Part shown: positions 9,911-20,414 of the stretch, in pieces
Position numbering within the stretch: position 1 is the stretch's first letter
How the letters are laid out: each line of letters begins with the position of its first letter
Assembly (NCBI GenBank): GCA_049325595.1
Contig: JBMOLF010000015.1
Span: 96,001 to 160,000, forward strand
DNA length: 64,000 bases
Direction of reading: 5' to 3'
Origin: Candidatus Babelota bacterium
GTDB taxonomy: Bacteria > Babelota > Babeliae > Babelales > Vermiphilaceae
The notes under the pieces: generated by a model
Database searches by the model: none
Seen by the model: only the letters and a program-made list of their open reading frames with translations
Told to the model about the DNA's origin: nothing
Program-made: the position numbers and the translations under genes

Positions 9911-9926
9911 CTTAGTAAAAAGTTTA

Positions 9927-11378
9927 TTAATATACATCATTTTTAACTAAGAACGTTGAAAACTGCCAGATATCATCAGTAGCTGGCATTTTTTTATCAA
10001 AAACTAAGAATTGATTAGGTCTATCAACGGGTTTCCAATTAACTGGTCGTGAAATAAATTCTCCCAGATAAGGTTTTGCAATAGTTAATATTTGTGTGTG
10101 ATCGATATCGTCAGGTAAACAAAAACCTTGATTAGGATTAGTAATAGCATAGACAGCAGCGGCAACTATACTAATAGCAACTTGCAAGGTCGTGCTGTTT
10201 TGCCCGGGTATTAATTTTCGTGTTTGTTCGATATCAAGTACACTACCAATCCACCACGAATGGTAGGCATGTCCCATTAATAAACAGCCAATTTCGTCAG
10301 CGCCGCTTGTAATTTCATCATACATAATACGTTTTTTTGGCTGAAGCACAAAATCACGCATGCGAAATTCATACAAAGAACTCAAAGCTGAGTCGTTAAG
10401 ACAATAGGCATAATATACGGTAGGGCGATAAATTGCGCGACCTTGTTCCCACACGGTTAATCGCTCTGAAATGCCGTATGCTTCTCCATGGCGAATAACC
10501 ATGCCAATAATAGGACCAGAAGGTACCCAGGAGCGGACAAGAGTATTCATACCCATTGATGATAATAATATTTGATTTTGTGGGCCATGATTATGAGTGT
10601 GTGCTCCTTTAGGCAACATTTTTTCGTGAGTGCCCCAGCCAAGTTCTGCAGGAGCCATTCCTTCTTCGATAAGACCTTCTATGCTCCAGGTATTTACAAA
10701 TTCATTAACTTGTTTTGGCTTGTTAATAATTTGTGTATCGCGCTCAGAGATATGGATAACTTTGGTTTGAGTGAGCAATGATAATCGAGGAAAATGATTA
10801 TTTGATAATGCTGCTTCTAACTCTATTTTTTTGTCTGCTTTGTCATCTTTTAATAATTGCTGTGCTAAGTCAATTAATGCTTGTTTGGTAAAGTGCGACA
10901 CAAGACCTGGGTTAGCACCATGATCAACAATAGCCGTTGCGCTTGGTTTAGTCCATGTTGAAATCATCTTTTCTATTTTCATATGGCGATAGTACAAAGT
11001 AAGATTCTCAGGTGGTGTATTTTCTACATCTTGATAGGGTTCCCATTCTTCTATAGAACTGTTGATATACAAAACATTATGTTCATAGCACCATTGCAAA
11101 AGTGAAATGGTATCAACGTTCCATGAAAGATCAATAAACAGATCACCAGCTTTTAGATGCTGTGATAATATTTCTTGATAATTGTCTTTAGTAAGTTTGT
11201 TAATAACGTAAGTAATTCCCTGTTCAAGATAATCTTTAAGATAAGATCTATTATCTACAAAATCCATTATCGTAATGTGCTTAGGATCAATGTTAATGTG
11301 CTTAAGTAAAAGAGGTAACGTACAACGAGCCACAGCCCCGAAACCAAGCATAAAAATAGAGCGATCAAATCTTATCAT
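9927..11378 (-). CDS. hss: Homospermidine synthase
   Basis: Rossmann GFGAVA, HGANPGLVSHF, FVNTWSIEG, PAELGWGTHE, YRPTVYYAY motifs. Confidence 0.9.
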   Translation of the reverse strand: MIRFDRSIFMLGFGAVARCTLPLLLKHINIDPKHITIMDFVDNRSYLKDYLEQGITYVINKLTKDNYQEILSQHLKAGDLFIDLSWNVDTISLLQWCYEHNVLYINSSIEEWEPYQDVENTPPENLTLYYRHMKIEKMISTWTKPSATAIVDHGANPGLVSHFTKQALIDLAQQLLKDDKADKKIELEAALSNNHFPRLSLLTQTKVIHISERDTQIINKPKQVNEFVNTWSIEGLIEEGMAPAELGWGTHEKMLPKGAHTHNHGPQNQILLSSMGMNTLVRSWVPSGPIIGMVIRHGEAYGISERLTVWEQGRAIYRPTVYYAYCLNDSALSSLYEFRMRDFVLQPKKRIMYDEITSGADEIGCLLMGHAYHSWWIGSVLDIEQTRKLIPGQNSTTLQVAISIVAAAVYAITNPNQGFCLPDDIDHTQILTIAKPYLGEFISRPVNWKPVDRPNQFLVFDKKMPATDDIWQFSTFLVKNDVY

Positions 11379-11477
11379 TAGAACCTAACAATAATTAATT
11401 AAGTTATATGTGATAAGATAAAAAGTGGGTTGAGTAAAAAGCAATCAAAAAATATTAAGATATTTTTCAAATAAAAA

Positions 11478-11502
11478 AGAGGCCGCTTTTAAACGGCCTC
11501 TT
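11478..11502 (-). terminator. Intrinsic terminator
   Basis: agaggccg-cttttaaa-cggcctct with T-run on minus strand. Confidence 0.7.
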
Positions 11503-11519
11503 GGTCTAATAATAATTGC

Positions 11520-11990
11520 TTAATGCATTATTTGTTTTTTTGTAGGTTTCCAGCGTTTGAGAAGCTCTTCAAACAATAATTGTTGGGCATTTTGATCAGG
11601 TTTTTGTTCTGCTTTTGTCGTAGCTTTTTCTACACTAAAACGAACCGTTTCTTGGTCGCATGCAGTAGCATCAATATGATCAATAGCGGGCATCAAATTT
11701 TGTTTGATTGCTTTTTTTGCAGTATCTTCATTTAAAGCAACGAGCAAGAGTGATTCCATTAAGGTGAAAAATTCTAAAATGCTGTGGTGCACTTCTTCAA
11801 GCATATCAGACTCGGTGTTTACCTTACTGTATGCTTCAATCTTTTTAATCTCTTCTTTGAGCCCGTTATCAAGTGCTTTGGACACCAGTTTTTTTAGCTT
11901 ATCAGTATCATACTGTGAGAGCCAACGGAGAAGACATAAAAGTTCATACGAAATAGTAAATTGGTTTGCGTTATTATTGTCATTCATCAT
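11520..11990 (-). CDS. Hypothetical protein
   Basis: 156-aa ORF co-directional with hspR-htpX, with RBS-like AAAGGG upstream. Confidence 0.7.
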   Translation of the reverse strand: MMNDNNNANQFTISYELLCLLRWLSQYDTDKLKKLVSKALDNGLKEEIKKIEAYSKVNTESDMLEEVHHSILEFFTLMESLLLVALNEDTAKKAIKQNLMPAIDHIDATACDQETVRFSVEKATTKAEQKPDQNAQQLLFEELLKRWKPTKKQIMH

Positions 11991-12041
11991 ACCGTGATTC
12001 CCTTTGGTTGAGGTGTCGGCACTATATTGTTTTGTTAATTA

Positions 12042-12893
12042 TTATCTTTTTTGCGCCATTAAACGTAAACGTTCAATACGTTTGCGTAATGGTGGGTGGG
12101 TTGAAAACCACTCGCTTATTGTGGACATTCTAAATGGATGCACAATAAAAAGAGACGATGTTGTCGCTTCAGTTGTTGTTCCACGTGGAGCAACATGAGT
12201 GTGTAATTTTTCAAGAGCGCTTGCTAATGCCATAGGATCGTGGCAAGCATGAGCTCCAGTTTCATCGGCCATATATTCGCGTGAGCGAGAGATGGCAAGT
12301 TGAAGCAATGAAGCAATAAACGGTGTAATAATAGCAAGCACTAAAAGACTTAATGGATTATTGCGTTGTCTGCCGTCTTGCGATTGGCCGCCCCACATAG
12401 CAGAATATTGGAGCATTTGCGCCAAATAACTAATAGTTGTTGCAATTACTACTGCTATGGTAGAAATTAAGGTATCTCTATTTTTTACATGCGACAATTC
12501 ATGAGCTACTACGCCCCGTAATTCACGATCATCAAGAATTTGCAAAATACTACTTGTAAAGGCAACTGATGCATTGATTGGATTTCTGCCCGTAGCAAAT
12601 GCATTTGCAGATGGATTATCAATAAGCCATAATTTAGGCATAGGAATGTTCATACTTTTTGATAATTCGCTTACCATTTGATAAATTGCAGCATATCGTT
12701 GTTGATCTAATGGGCGAGCATTGTACATGCGTAATACAATTTTGTCTGAGAAAAAGTAGGCATATCCATTCATGAGTAATGAAAAGATAAAGGCAATCAT
12801 TAATCCTTGTGAACCCCCAATTGCTCTACCTACCAATAATAGTAATCCACTAAGCGTACCAAGTAAGATTACCGTTTTAAGATTATTATTCAT
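12042..12893 (-). CDS. htpX: Zinc metalloprotease HtpX (M48)
   Basis: NAFATGR, HELSH, SRSREYMAD, FSTHPP. Confidence 0.95.
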   Translation of the reverse strand: MNNNLKTVILLGTLSGLLLLVGRAIGGSQGLMIAFIFSLLMNGYAYFFSDKIVLRMYNARPLDQQRYAAIYQMVSELSKSMNIPMPKLWLIDNPSANAFATGRNPINASVAFTSSILQILDDRELRGVVAHELSHVKNRDTLISTIAVVIATTISYLAQMLQYSAMWGGQSQDGRQRNNPLSLLVLAIITPFIASLLQLAISRSREYMADETGAHACHDPMALASALEKLHTHVAPRGTTTEATTSSLFIVHPFRMSTISEWFSTHPPLRKRIERLRLMAQKR

Positions 12894-12902
12894 TTGACCC
12901 CC

Positions 12903-13376
12903 TTATTCATCATATTCAACTTCCCAATTATCAACATCTGACTCAACTGATTGATTTCTATGATTAGGCTTTACTTCTAATAATTCAGTGATTGGTTTTT
13001 CTGGATTATTTTTTTGCTTAATTTTAATTAGTTGTTTTGCCGTTACGCTTGCAGCTTGTTTTGCTAAATGAGCTTCAGCGTCAAGTTCTTTTTGTGATGA
13101 CTCAAAAATTTTATTCATATCTTTTTGCATTTTGCTTATTTGACGCTTTAATCGTAGTATCATTTCTACGCCAGCTAAGTTAATACCCAGTTGATGAGTC
13201 AAATAAACTATTTCTTCCAGACGATCTACATCTTCTTCAGAAAATAAACGGGTGTTCCCAGAAGAGCGTTTAGGATTAATGAGTCCTTCTTTTTCATACA
13301 AACGGATTGTTTGCTGATGGATAGAAAACATTTTTGCTACCGCTGAGATTGAAAAAAAGCCTTTCTTGCGTTTCAT
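12903..13376 (-). CDS. hspR: MerR-family heat-shock repressor HspR
   Basis: ISAVAKMFSIHQQTIRLYEKEGLINPKRSSGNTRLFS...LGINLAGVEMIL matches HspR pattern. Confidence 0.85.
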   Translation of the reverse strand: MKRKKGFFSISAVAKMFSIHQQTIRLYEKEGLINPKRSSGNTRLFSEEDVDRLEEIVYLTHQLGINLAGVEMILRLKRQISKMQKDMNKIFESSQKELDAEAHLAKQAASVTAKQLIKIKQKNNPEKPITELLEVKPNHRNQSVESDVDNWEVEYDE

Positions 13377-13627
13377 GCTAATTATTTACCATCACTGGTG
13401 AGCAATATGCTCACGGTTAAAATGTGCTGCATTATTGGTAATCTAGTATATCACATTGACAAAAAAAAGTATTTCACTTTTATACCACAAAAAATGGGTA
13501 AAATGGCTTTTTATAGTGTAAAGTTTTCAAGGAAAAATTCTCACGGGGCCGGGTTGATCAAAATATTTCTATTTGATACACTGCTTTACAAATAAAGCTA
13601 TAATAATCCATTTTTTAGAGGTCTGCT

Positions 13628-14518
13628 ATGTTGCATTTTTATTTATTAATATTAATTGGATTATGTAGTTTTGAGGCACAATCCCAAGAACCGGTCTCGC
13701 CTACCAAAAGAAATCAAAGAGCTATCCATATAAAACGTTCAGAAGCTGCAGCTCGCAAATTGCTATTTCATGGTTTGAAAGCTGAGAGAAAAAGAGAAGT
13801 TGAGCGTTGTAAAATTCCTAAATATCCAAAAGCTAATTTGATTCGGTTAAATGCTATTGCAGATAAATTAAATGATTTATATCAAGAAAATTACCATGCA
13901 TTTAATTCTCTAAAATATTTTGATTATTACATGCATGAAGAAGTGCCTAATTATGGTGAACGTGCATGGGCATATGATCAAAAATTAAAGCACATTGATA
14001 TGCAAGCCAATGCAAAAAAACATTACGAAAAATTATTGAGAAAATATCAGTTGTTAGATAACGGTGGGCATCTTTATCCTGATGTCAAATTTGTATATGA
14101 AAATTGTGTGATAGCTCCCAACAATTTTCCTGATCGTGTAGATGAGTATATTTACGAAGTAAGTTTGCCATCGACGATAATAAAAAAATATGAGGATAAT
14201 CAAAAAGAATTGAGTATTGAAGTTCCAAATATTATTGCTCCTGAGGATATAGAGCAAGAAAAAATAGAACGTGCTCTGGAAAAATTACAAATTTACAAAA
14301 GCAAGCATCCAAACGGATACAAAAAAATACCTGCATTATTTAATCAGGATCACTTTCAAAAGCTTATGGAACCAACAAAAGATAAAAGTCTTGATGAATG
14401 CAAACAAGAATGGGCTTCTTTTTTGGAATCATTACGTAGGGCAAAGTTAGTTACGAAATATTATCGTCCAATCAGCGGATTGAAACATCTTTATTTACAA
14501 TCAATTGGTCGAAAATAA
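13628..14518 (+). CDS. Secreted hypothetical protein
   Basis: 296-aa ORF, GAGG RBS, signal peptide. Confidence 0.7.
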   Translation: MLHFYLLILIGLCSFEAQSQEPVSPTKRNQRAIHIKRSEAAARKLLFHGLKAERKREVERCKIPKYPKANLIRLNAIADKLNDLYQENYHAFNSLKYFDYYMHEEVPNYGERAWAYDQKLKHIDMQANAKKHYEKLLRKYQLLDNGGHLYPDVKFVYENCVIAPNNFPDRVDEYIYEVSLPSTIIKKYEDNQKELSIEVPNIIAPEDIEQEKIERALEKLQIYKSKHPNGYKKIPALFNQDHFQKLMEPTKDKSLDECKQEWASFLESLRRAKLVTKYYRPISGLKHLYLQSIGRK

Positions 14519-14625
14519 CAATTTAAAATTTGAAATAATTACAAAGTGAGAGTAAGGTATTTTTAAAGGCAACTTAGTTGTTTTAGTAAAAACAATTGAT
14601 AAAACAAAAAAATCTAAGGGCTTAT

Positions 14626-15348
14626 ATGAAATATCTACTCTCGCTTGTTCTTGTAATTTCACCACTTTCTTCAATCAATGCGATGAATAAAAATAGTTCA
14701 TTTATAAAAATTGAACTTCATCCAGAACAATCACTCTATCCAAAATGCGAAAATATTTATGAACCCTGGGATGAAAATGTATGCGGTTACTGGAGCATGA
14801 ATCGGCGACTTGACGAGTACGACTATAGTGTTGGATATAATGATTCAAAATGCATGCTGAGATTTGTAACCTCTAGACCATACATCAAAAAATGTATTTA
14901 CGGAAAAGATCATCCCTCTATTTGTATGCCTAATCGTCAAAACGCAGATGCAAAAAAAATATTGCGAGAAATTCGTGTAGCAAAATCTATCTCTCCTTCT
15001 CTATTAAAAACTGTTTCGCAAAAGCATTGGCTTTATTTTCGTGAGCAGGTACTATACCAGGTAAAAGATCACTATTATCAAAAAGTTTGCCATGAAAATG
15101 AGCAGTACCACTATGGGTTAACGAACGAAAAAATGCCAGATTATTATCGACCCTGTAAAACCTACTACGAACGAAAAAATTGGTATTATTTTCAAAAGAA
15201 GGTATTAAAAGAATTGCCAATTAAATACGCATTAGGAATAATTAAGCAACATTTTCAATCGCGGCCACTGTCTGCAGGAAACCAAAGCATAGTAACTACG
15301 CAAAGTTCAACGGTAGCTTACGTGCCCCATAATTCAATAGAAGCATAA
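14626..15348 (+). CDS. Secreted hypothetical protein
   Basis: Signal peptide MKYLLSLVLV...SINA-M; Tyr/Cys-rich. Confidence 0.7.
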   Translation: MKYLLSLVLVISPLSSINAMNKNSSFIKIELHPEQSLYPKCENIYEPWDENVCGYWSMNRRLDEYDYSVGYNDSKCMLRFVTSRPYIKKCIYGKDHPSICMPNRQNADAKKILREIRVAKSISPSLLKTVSQKHWLYFREQVLYQVKDHYYQKVCHENEQYHYGLTNEKMPDYYRPCKTYYERKNWYYFQKKVLKELPIKYALGIIKQHFQSRPLSAGNQSIVTTQSSTVAYVPHNSIEA

Positions 15349-15382
15349 AAAGGAGGCGCTTTTTAACAGCGCCCCAATCTTT

Positions 15383-17044
15383 TTAGTGCAATTGAACAGG
15401 TAATATTCCTTGAGCTTTTTTAGTTCGTTTTAAAATGGCAGCAACTTCTTGTTGTGCTATTGGATCAGCTTCATATGCAATTAATGCTCGTGTTGCCTTA
15501 TCTAAATTATTTAAAAAGTAGGGTGAACCAAAAAGCGCAATAATGGTAGTTGTTTTTTCTTGTAATGCGTTAATGAGTTTTAAGCTATTTTCAGATACCC
15601 CAAATTGTTTGTGTGGATCGCGTGTCATGCCAAATAATGCTACTATTGCAGGTTTTGCAGCATCAATTTTTTCAATAATTGTTTCAATCTCATCAGTGCT
15701 TGGTTTTTTTGAGAGCTTAAACAAATTTTTTGATTCGATAGGTAGCGATTGAATAAATGCATCTTTTGGTGCACTACCAATTTGTATAACTGTTGCATCA
15801 TCTAAGGTGAATTCTTCTTGATTAAAATTATATGCGGTTATAGATTGCTCAAAAACTTTTTGTTTAAGAGTCAAAGCAGTGTCGCTGTTAATAATTTGAT
15901 CATAGTTTTCAAGCGCATGTGTTTGCCAATTGCGTTGTGAAAAAATCCATTCTTTTGCTTTGAGTATGCGCAATACATGAGCGTCAAGTTCTTGCTCTGA
16001 AATAGTTCCGTGGTCAATTGCATGTTCGATGCATGCAACAGCACGAGAAACATCGGTAGGACACAATAAAATATCATTGCCTGCTTGCAAAGCTTTTAAT
16101 TCTAATTCACCTGGTTTGTAATGGTCTGAGACGGCACGCATCATTAATGCATCGGTGATAATTAATCCATTAAATGCCATTTCATTGCGCAGTAAATCAG
16201 TAATCATTTTGGGTGAAAGACTTGAAGTAATGTTTTCATCTAGCGCAGGGATGCGCAAATGGGCTGTCATAATTGATTTGACTTGTTCAGTGATCATTGC
16301 TTTAAATGGTGCAAGCTCTATTTCGTTTAATCGCTCACGTGAGTGATTAATGGTTGGTAATTCATGGTGTGAATCGAGATCAGTGTCACCATGACCCGGA
16401 AAATGTTTTGCACAGGCAATAATACCGGCGTTTTGTAATCCTTCAGTATACGCAATTGCTTTTTCTATAACGGTATTGGGTTGTGAACCAAACGATCGAA
16501 AGCCAATAACCGGATTATTAGGATTATTATTAACATCAACCACCGGTGCAAAATTAATATTTACACCAAGTGCCTGACAATGCTTGCCTGTTTCATAAGC
16601 AACATCATAAATGAGTGTTGGGTTTTGTACGGCACCAAGTGACATTGCGCAGGGGAAACGTAAGCTGCCGTTTTGATTTCTACTTCCGGTACCTGCTTCG
16701 TAATCCTGTGCGATGAATAATGGTACTTTACTTGCATCTTGAAACTTATTCGTGTACGATACTTGCTCCTTAAGTTCGCCTGTTCCTAAAAAAATTACGC
16801 CGCCGATATTATATTTTTGAATCAAATGTTTTACATAGGTTTTATCAACGCCAAGGTTTTTTTGCGTATACCACCATTCATTGCGCGTATCTTCGGGGTT
16901 AGTTACCGCAGTTACGATAAACAATTGACCTATTTTTTCTTGCAGCGACATTTTCTTGAGTGTTTGCTCTGCCCATGATGATTGGCTTGCATCAAGAGCG
17001 TTATTGAGTAGGGTAAACATTAGTATAAAAAATTTTTTATACAT
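15383..17044 (-). CDS. Glycoside hydrolase family 3 (beta-N-acetylglucosaminidase, NagZ-like), secreted
   Basis: KHFPGHGDTDLDSH motif, ITDALMM nucleophile, signal peptide. Confidence 0.92.
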   Translation of the reverse strand: MYKKFFILMFTLLNNALDASQSSWAEQTLKKMSLQEKIGQLFIVTAVTNPEDTRNEWWYTQKNLGVDKTYVKHLIQKYNIGGVIFLGTGELKEQVSYTNKFQDASKVPLFIAQDYEAGTGSRNQNGSLRFPCAMSLGAVQNPTLIYDVAYETGKHCQALGVNINFAPVVDVNNNPNNPVIGFRSFGSQPNTVIEKAIAYTEGLQNAGIIACAKHFPGHGDTDLDSHHELPTINHSRERLNEIELAPFKAMITEQVKSIMTAHLRIPALDENITSSLSPKMITDLLRNEMAFNGLIITDALMMRAVSDHYKPGELELKALQAGNDILLCPTDVSRAVACIEHAIDHGTISEQELDAHVLRILKAKEWIFSQRNWQTHALENYDQIINSDTALTLKQKVFEQSITAYNFNQEEFTLDDATVIQIGSAPKDAFIQSLPIESKNLFKLSKKPSTDEIETIIEKIDAAKPAIVALFGMTRDPHKQFGVSENSLKLINALQEKTTTIIALFGSPYFLNNLDKATRALIAYEADPIAQQEVAAILKRTKKAQGILPVQLH

Positions 17045-17118
17045 ACTTGGATCCTTTTTTAAAATTGTTTTAATAAGTCATTGCACAGTGTAGCGAACCA
17101 CTAACATAGGTCAATAAA

Positions 17119-17143
17119 AAAGGCCGGACAAATGTCCGGCCTC
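17119..17143 (-). terminator. Intrinsic terminator
   Basis: aggccggaca-aa-tgtccggcct with T-run on minus strand. Confidence 0.7.
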
Positions 17144-17160
17144 TTAAAAAATTTAGTTAA

Positions 17161-18726
17161 TTAGCAGAAAGTTGCTTGGATTATTTTTTGATAATATTCA
17201 GCGCCAACTTTTTTAGTACGTGGTAATTGTGGGTCATTAAAATCTACTTTGAATAATCCATACCGTTTAGAATAAGTTCCCCATTCGTAATTATCTAACA
17301 ATGACCAATAAAAATAACCACGCACATCATGGCCTGCTGAAATAGCACGTGCGAGTGCATATAAATAGCGCTGTAAAAATAACTCACGATGAGATTCGTT
17401 ATCAGTACCAATACCATTTTCAGTTACATAAATTGGTATATTTAATGGCTTTGCAACGTTGTTTGAAATTTCTTCTATCGCACGATAGAGACCTTCACCA
17501 TAAATAGTGTAGCGTTCATTATTTGCCGGAATTTCATTTTTCTCATCGCGCAAGATTGTTTTGCCTTTCATGTAGCCATGGCAATAATAATTAAGGCCGA
17601 TGAAATCAAGGCATTTACCACCATTTTTGATGTACTCATTTACCGGAAATTTCTTATTAACTTTAGTTGGTGTGTATACATGCAATAAGCCGGTTTTTAA
17701 ATAGGTGTAGAATGTACTGTTTACCAACTGATTACCAAAGTAACACAATAAATGATCACCTGGGTGATATAAGCGCCATGGATCTAATTGATAAATATTT
17801 TTTAATACACCAATGCGTGAAGTGTCACCGCCCGGTAATGCTTTTAAAGTGCGATACACTGCAACGTGTGCTTCAAATAAATTATGCATTACGTCGGCCA
17901 TTAATTCCCATTGATCTTTTTTAGCTGGAGGTTTTAAGCCTTGCGTCCAACCCGTTAATGCATATGATTCAGGGGCATTAAAGGTAAGCCATAAGTGAAC
18001 ATAAGAATGTAAGCGTTCAAATACTGTTTTTGCAAAAAATACAAAATGTTCTATGTTTTCTGCTTTTTCCCATCCACCTAAATCGCCAAACCAAATTGGA
18101 TCGGTGTAATGATACAGCGTGATAACGGGTTTAATACCTTTTGCAACCAGTTGTTTGCACACGTCTTCATAATGATCTAAGGCCGTGTAATCGATAACTC
18201 CTGGTTGAGGAACTATTTTGCTCCATTCAACTGAAAATCGATACCCGTTTAATCCAAAATCAGCCATGAGTGCAATGTCTTCAGGATATTTATTCCAGTG
18301 ATCACAGGCAATACCAGCATCAACTATTTTTCCTTGTTGTTCAGGGCTATTAGCATAGGCATACCAATTGTTGTTTGTGCAACCACCTTCAACTTGGTGC
18401 GCAGAAGTACCGCTTCCCCATAACCACATATCATTTTGCGCAGCTAATTTTTGAGCATGATGTTTAAAAAATGTTCCGATAGGTTGATTGTTAATGCGAT
18501 CGGTATGTATAGCTGCCCAATTCCAAGAAATAGTATTTAAATGGTTAGTGACTGCCTTGTATGCATATAAACTTCCTATAGCAGTAGCAGGTAATACTAC
18601 TGCAGCAACTGGATTTTCTTTTGCTTGCTGCCAGGCATTATTAGTAAGGTGAGTAACATATTCCATACCCTGTGCTGGTTGGTGTATAACACCTAATGCA
18701 ACAAGCGATAGTAATAATTTTTTCAT
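17161..18726 (-). CDS. Glycoside hydrolase family 1 protein, acid/base Glu replaced (TFNAP)
   Basis: WGSGTSAHQVEG, YRFSVEWSKI, YVTENG, WSLLDNYEW; signal peptide. Confidence 0.92.
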   Translation of the reverse strand: MKKLLLSLVALGVIHQPAQGMEYVTHLTNNAWQQAKENPVAAVVLPATAIGSLYAYKAVTNHLNTISWNWAAIHTDRINNQPIGTFFKHHAQKLAAQNDMWLWGSGTSAHQVEGGCTNNNWYAYANSPEQQGKIVDAGIACDHWNKYPEDIALMADFGLNGYRFSVEWSKIVPQPGVIDYTALDHYEDVCKQLVAKGIKPVITLYHYTDPIWFGDLGGWEKAENIEHFVFFAKTVFERLHSYVHLWLTFNAPESYALTGWTQGLKPPAKKDQWELMADVMHNLFEAHVAVYRTLKALPGGDTSRIGVLKNIYQLDPWRLYHPGDHLLCYFGNQLVNSTFYTYLKTGLLHVYTPTKVNKKFPVNEYIKNGGKCLDFIGLNYYCHGYMKGKTILRDEKNEIPANNERYTIYGEGLYRAIEEISNNVAKPLNIPIYVTENGIGTDNESHRELFLQRYLYALARAISAGHDVRGYFYWSLLDNYEWGTYSKRYGLFKVDFNDPQLPRTKKVGAEYYQKIIQATFC

Positions 18727-18734
18727 CACATAGT

Positions 18735-20216
18735 TCATGCAATAATCTCCTTGTTAAATTTATTTATCACATCAATATAGTATTGTGCGCCGGGTTTGAG
18801 CGAGCGTTTTTGTGTAGCATAATCAATTGCACATAACCCATATTTTTTACTATAGGTTCCCCACTCATAGTTGTCCATGAGCGACCATACAATATATCCA
18901 CGTACATCGTGACCTTCATTTATTGCTTGTGAAAGGGCATATAGATATCGTTTAAAAAACAATTCACGATCAGCTTCACTCGAGGTGCTAATACCATTTT
19001 CGGTAACATAAATAGGAATATTCAGCGGTTTTGCTAGATGAGTTGATATATCAACAATAGCGCGATACAAGCCTTCAGGATATATAGTATAAATAGGATT
19101 ATCGGTTATTGTTTCGCCTGGATAGGTAGTAACATCTCGACTTTGCATTAAGCCATGTGAGTAATAATTAAGACCGATAAAATCAAGACTTTGAGGGGCC
19201 AGTTTGTTGCTGTATTTTAATTTTGCCGTAAAAGGAACGCTTATTTTAACTTCGCCCTTTGTAAAGAAATTGTATACATTTTCATCAAACAATGAACGCG
19301 CTGCTTTGCAACCCATACCGTCAAACCATCCAGAACCTGGTTCTACTTGATAGATATTGTGAAGTATACCTATGTGTGATGATGTGCCACCTTCTAATGT
19401 TTTTAATGCATGATAAGTTTGTACGTGTGCTTCTAATACATTTTTTAATACTTCTTGTGCCCGTTGCATACTCGGCTTGCCACCAGGGTAGGCCATCTGT
19501 TTATAATAACAGCGCGCTACATAACTGGTTGGTGAATTAAAGGTAAGCCACAAGTGAACATACGATTGCAAGCGTTCAAATACGATAGCTGCAAACTTAA
19601 CAAAATGAGAAATATTTTCTTGATTCTCAAAGCCACCTTTTAATGCAAACCATTTAGGGCTCGTGTAATGATGCAGGGTGATAACTGGTTTTATGCCAGC
19701 TTTAATAAGTGCTTTGCAAACATCCTCGTAATGATCAAGTACTGCTTGATTGATTTTTCCTTGCTCTGGTTCAATTTTGCTCCATTCAACAGAAAATCTA
19801 AATGTATTAATGCCTAGCGATTGCATGAGTGCAATATCTTCTTCATACCGATTCCAATGATCGCAAGCTGTCCCAGTTTTTTCTTCAACGTTGCCTGTTT
19901 CTTCCCATAGGCACCAATCATTGTTAGTGCAATTTCCTTCTACTTGATGAGCAGAGGTACCGACACCCCACAAAAAGTGCTCAGGGAATTGTAGATTTTG
20001 TTCATTGATTAATGACCAATCCCAATATAAAGGAGTGCTTGTTTTGATAGGCGTTTCTTGATACACATATGATGGAAATTCTTTTTCAGCAACAACAGCC
20101 ACTGATGCTTTAGATTGTGTTGATTCTTGATGTTGTTTGACTGTTTTTTTATTGCAAGCAGGGATAAGTACTAATCCAGCTGCAATGGCAAGAATAGCTA
20201 TGCTAAGACGTGACAT
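18735..20216 (-). CDS. Glycoside hydrolase family 1 protein, probable lipoprotein, acid/base Glu replaced (TFNSP)
   Basis: WGVGTSAHQVEG, FRFSVEWSKI, YVTENG, WSLMDNYEW; lipobox-like LIPAC. Confidence 0.92.
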   Translation of the reverse strand: MSRLSIAILAIAAGLVLIPACNKKTVKQHQESTQSKASVAVVAEKEFPSYVYQETPIKTSTPLYWDWSLINEQNLQFPEHFLWGVGTSAHQVEGNCTNNDWCLWEETGNVEEKTGTACDHWNRYEEDIALMQSLGINTFRFSVEWSKIEPEQGKINQAVLDHYEDVCKALIKAGIKPVITLHHYTSPKWFALKGGFENQENISHFVKFAAIVFERLQSYVHLWLTFNSPTSYVARCYYKQMAYPGGKPSMQRAQEVLKNVLEAHVQTYHALKTLEGGTSSHIGILHNIYQVEPGSGWFDGMGCKAARSLFDENVYNFFTKGEVKISVPFTAKLKYSNKLAPQSLDFIGLNYYSHGLMQSRDVTTYPGETITDNPIYTIYPEGLYRAIVDISTHLAKPLNIPIYVTENGISTSSEADRELFFKRYLYALSQAINEGHDVRGYIVWSLMDNYEWGTYSKKYGLCAIDYATQKRSLKPGAQYYIDVINKFNKEIIA

Positions 20217-20414
20217 AATAACCTCTATTTTTATAACCTTCATTTACTTATAGTTTAATACAACATAATCAAATCGTCAAAATTGATCCAAATAGTAAGT
20301 TTTTATTCGATAAAAGCTAAAAAAAAGTAAGTTGTCATCTCTGGGGCTGTTGTTATACTAGGTGCCGGACGCTTAAATGAAAGATTAAACATGAATATAT
20401 GAATTTTTATTGGC

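Noticed and set aside
20400..20402. TGA recoding (alternative genetic code)
   Set aside because: TGA terminates other intact genes and conserved Trp codons are TGG
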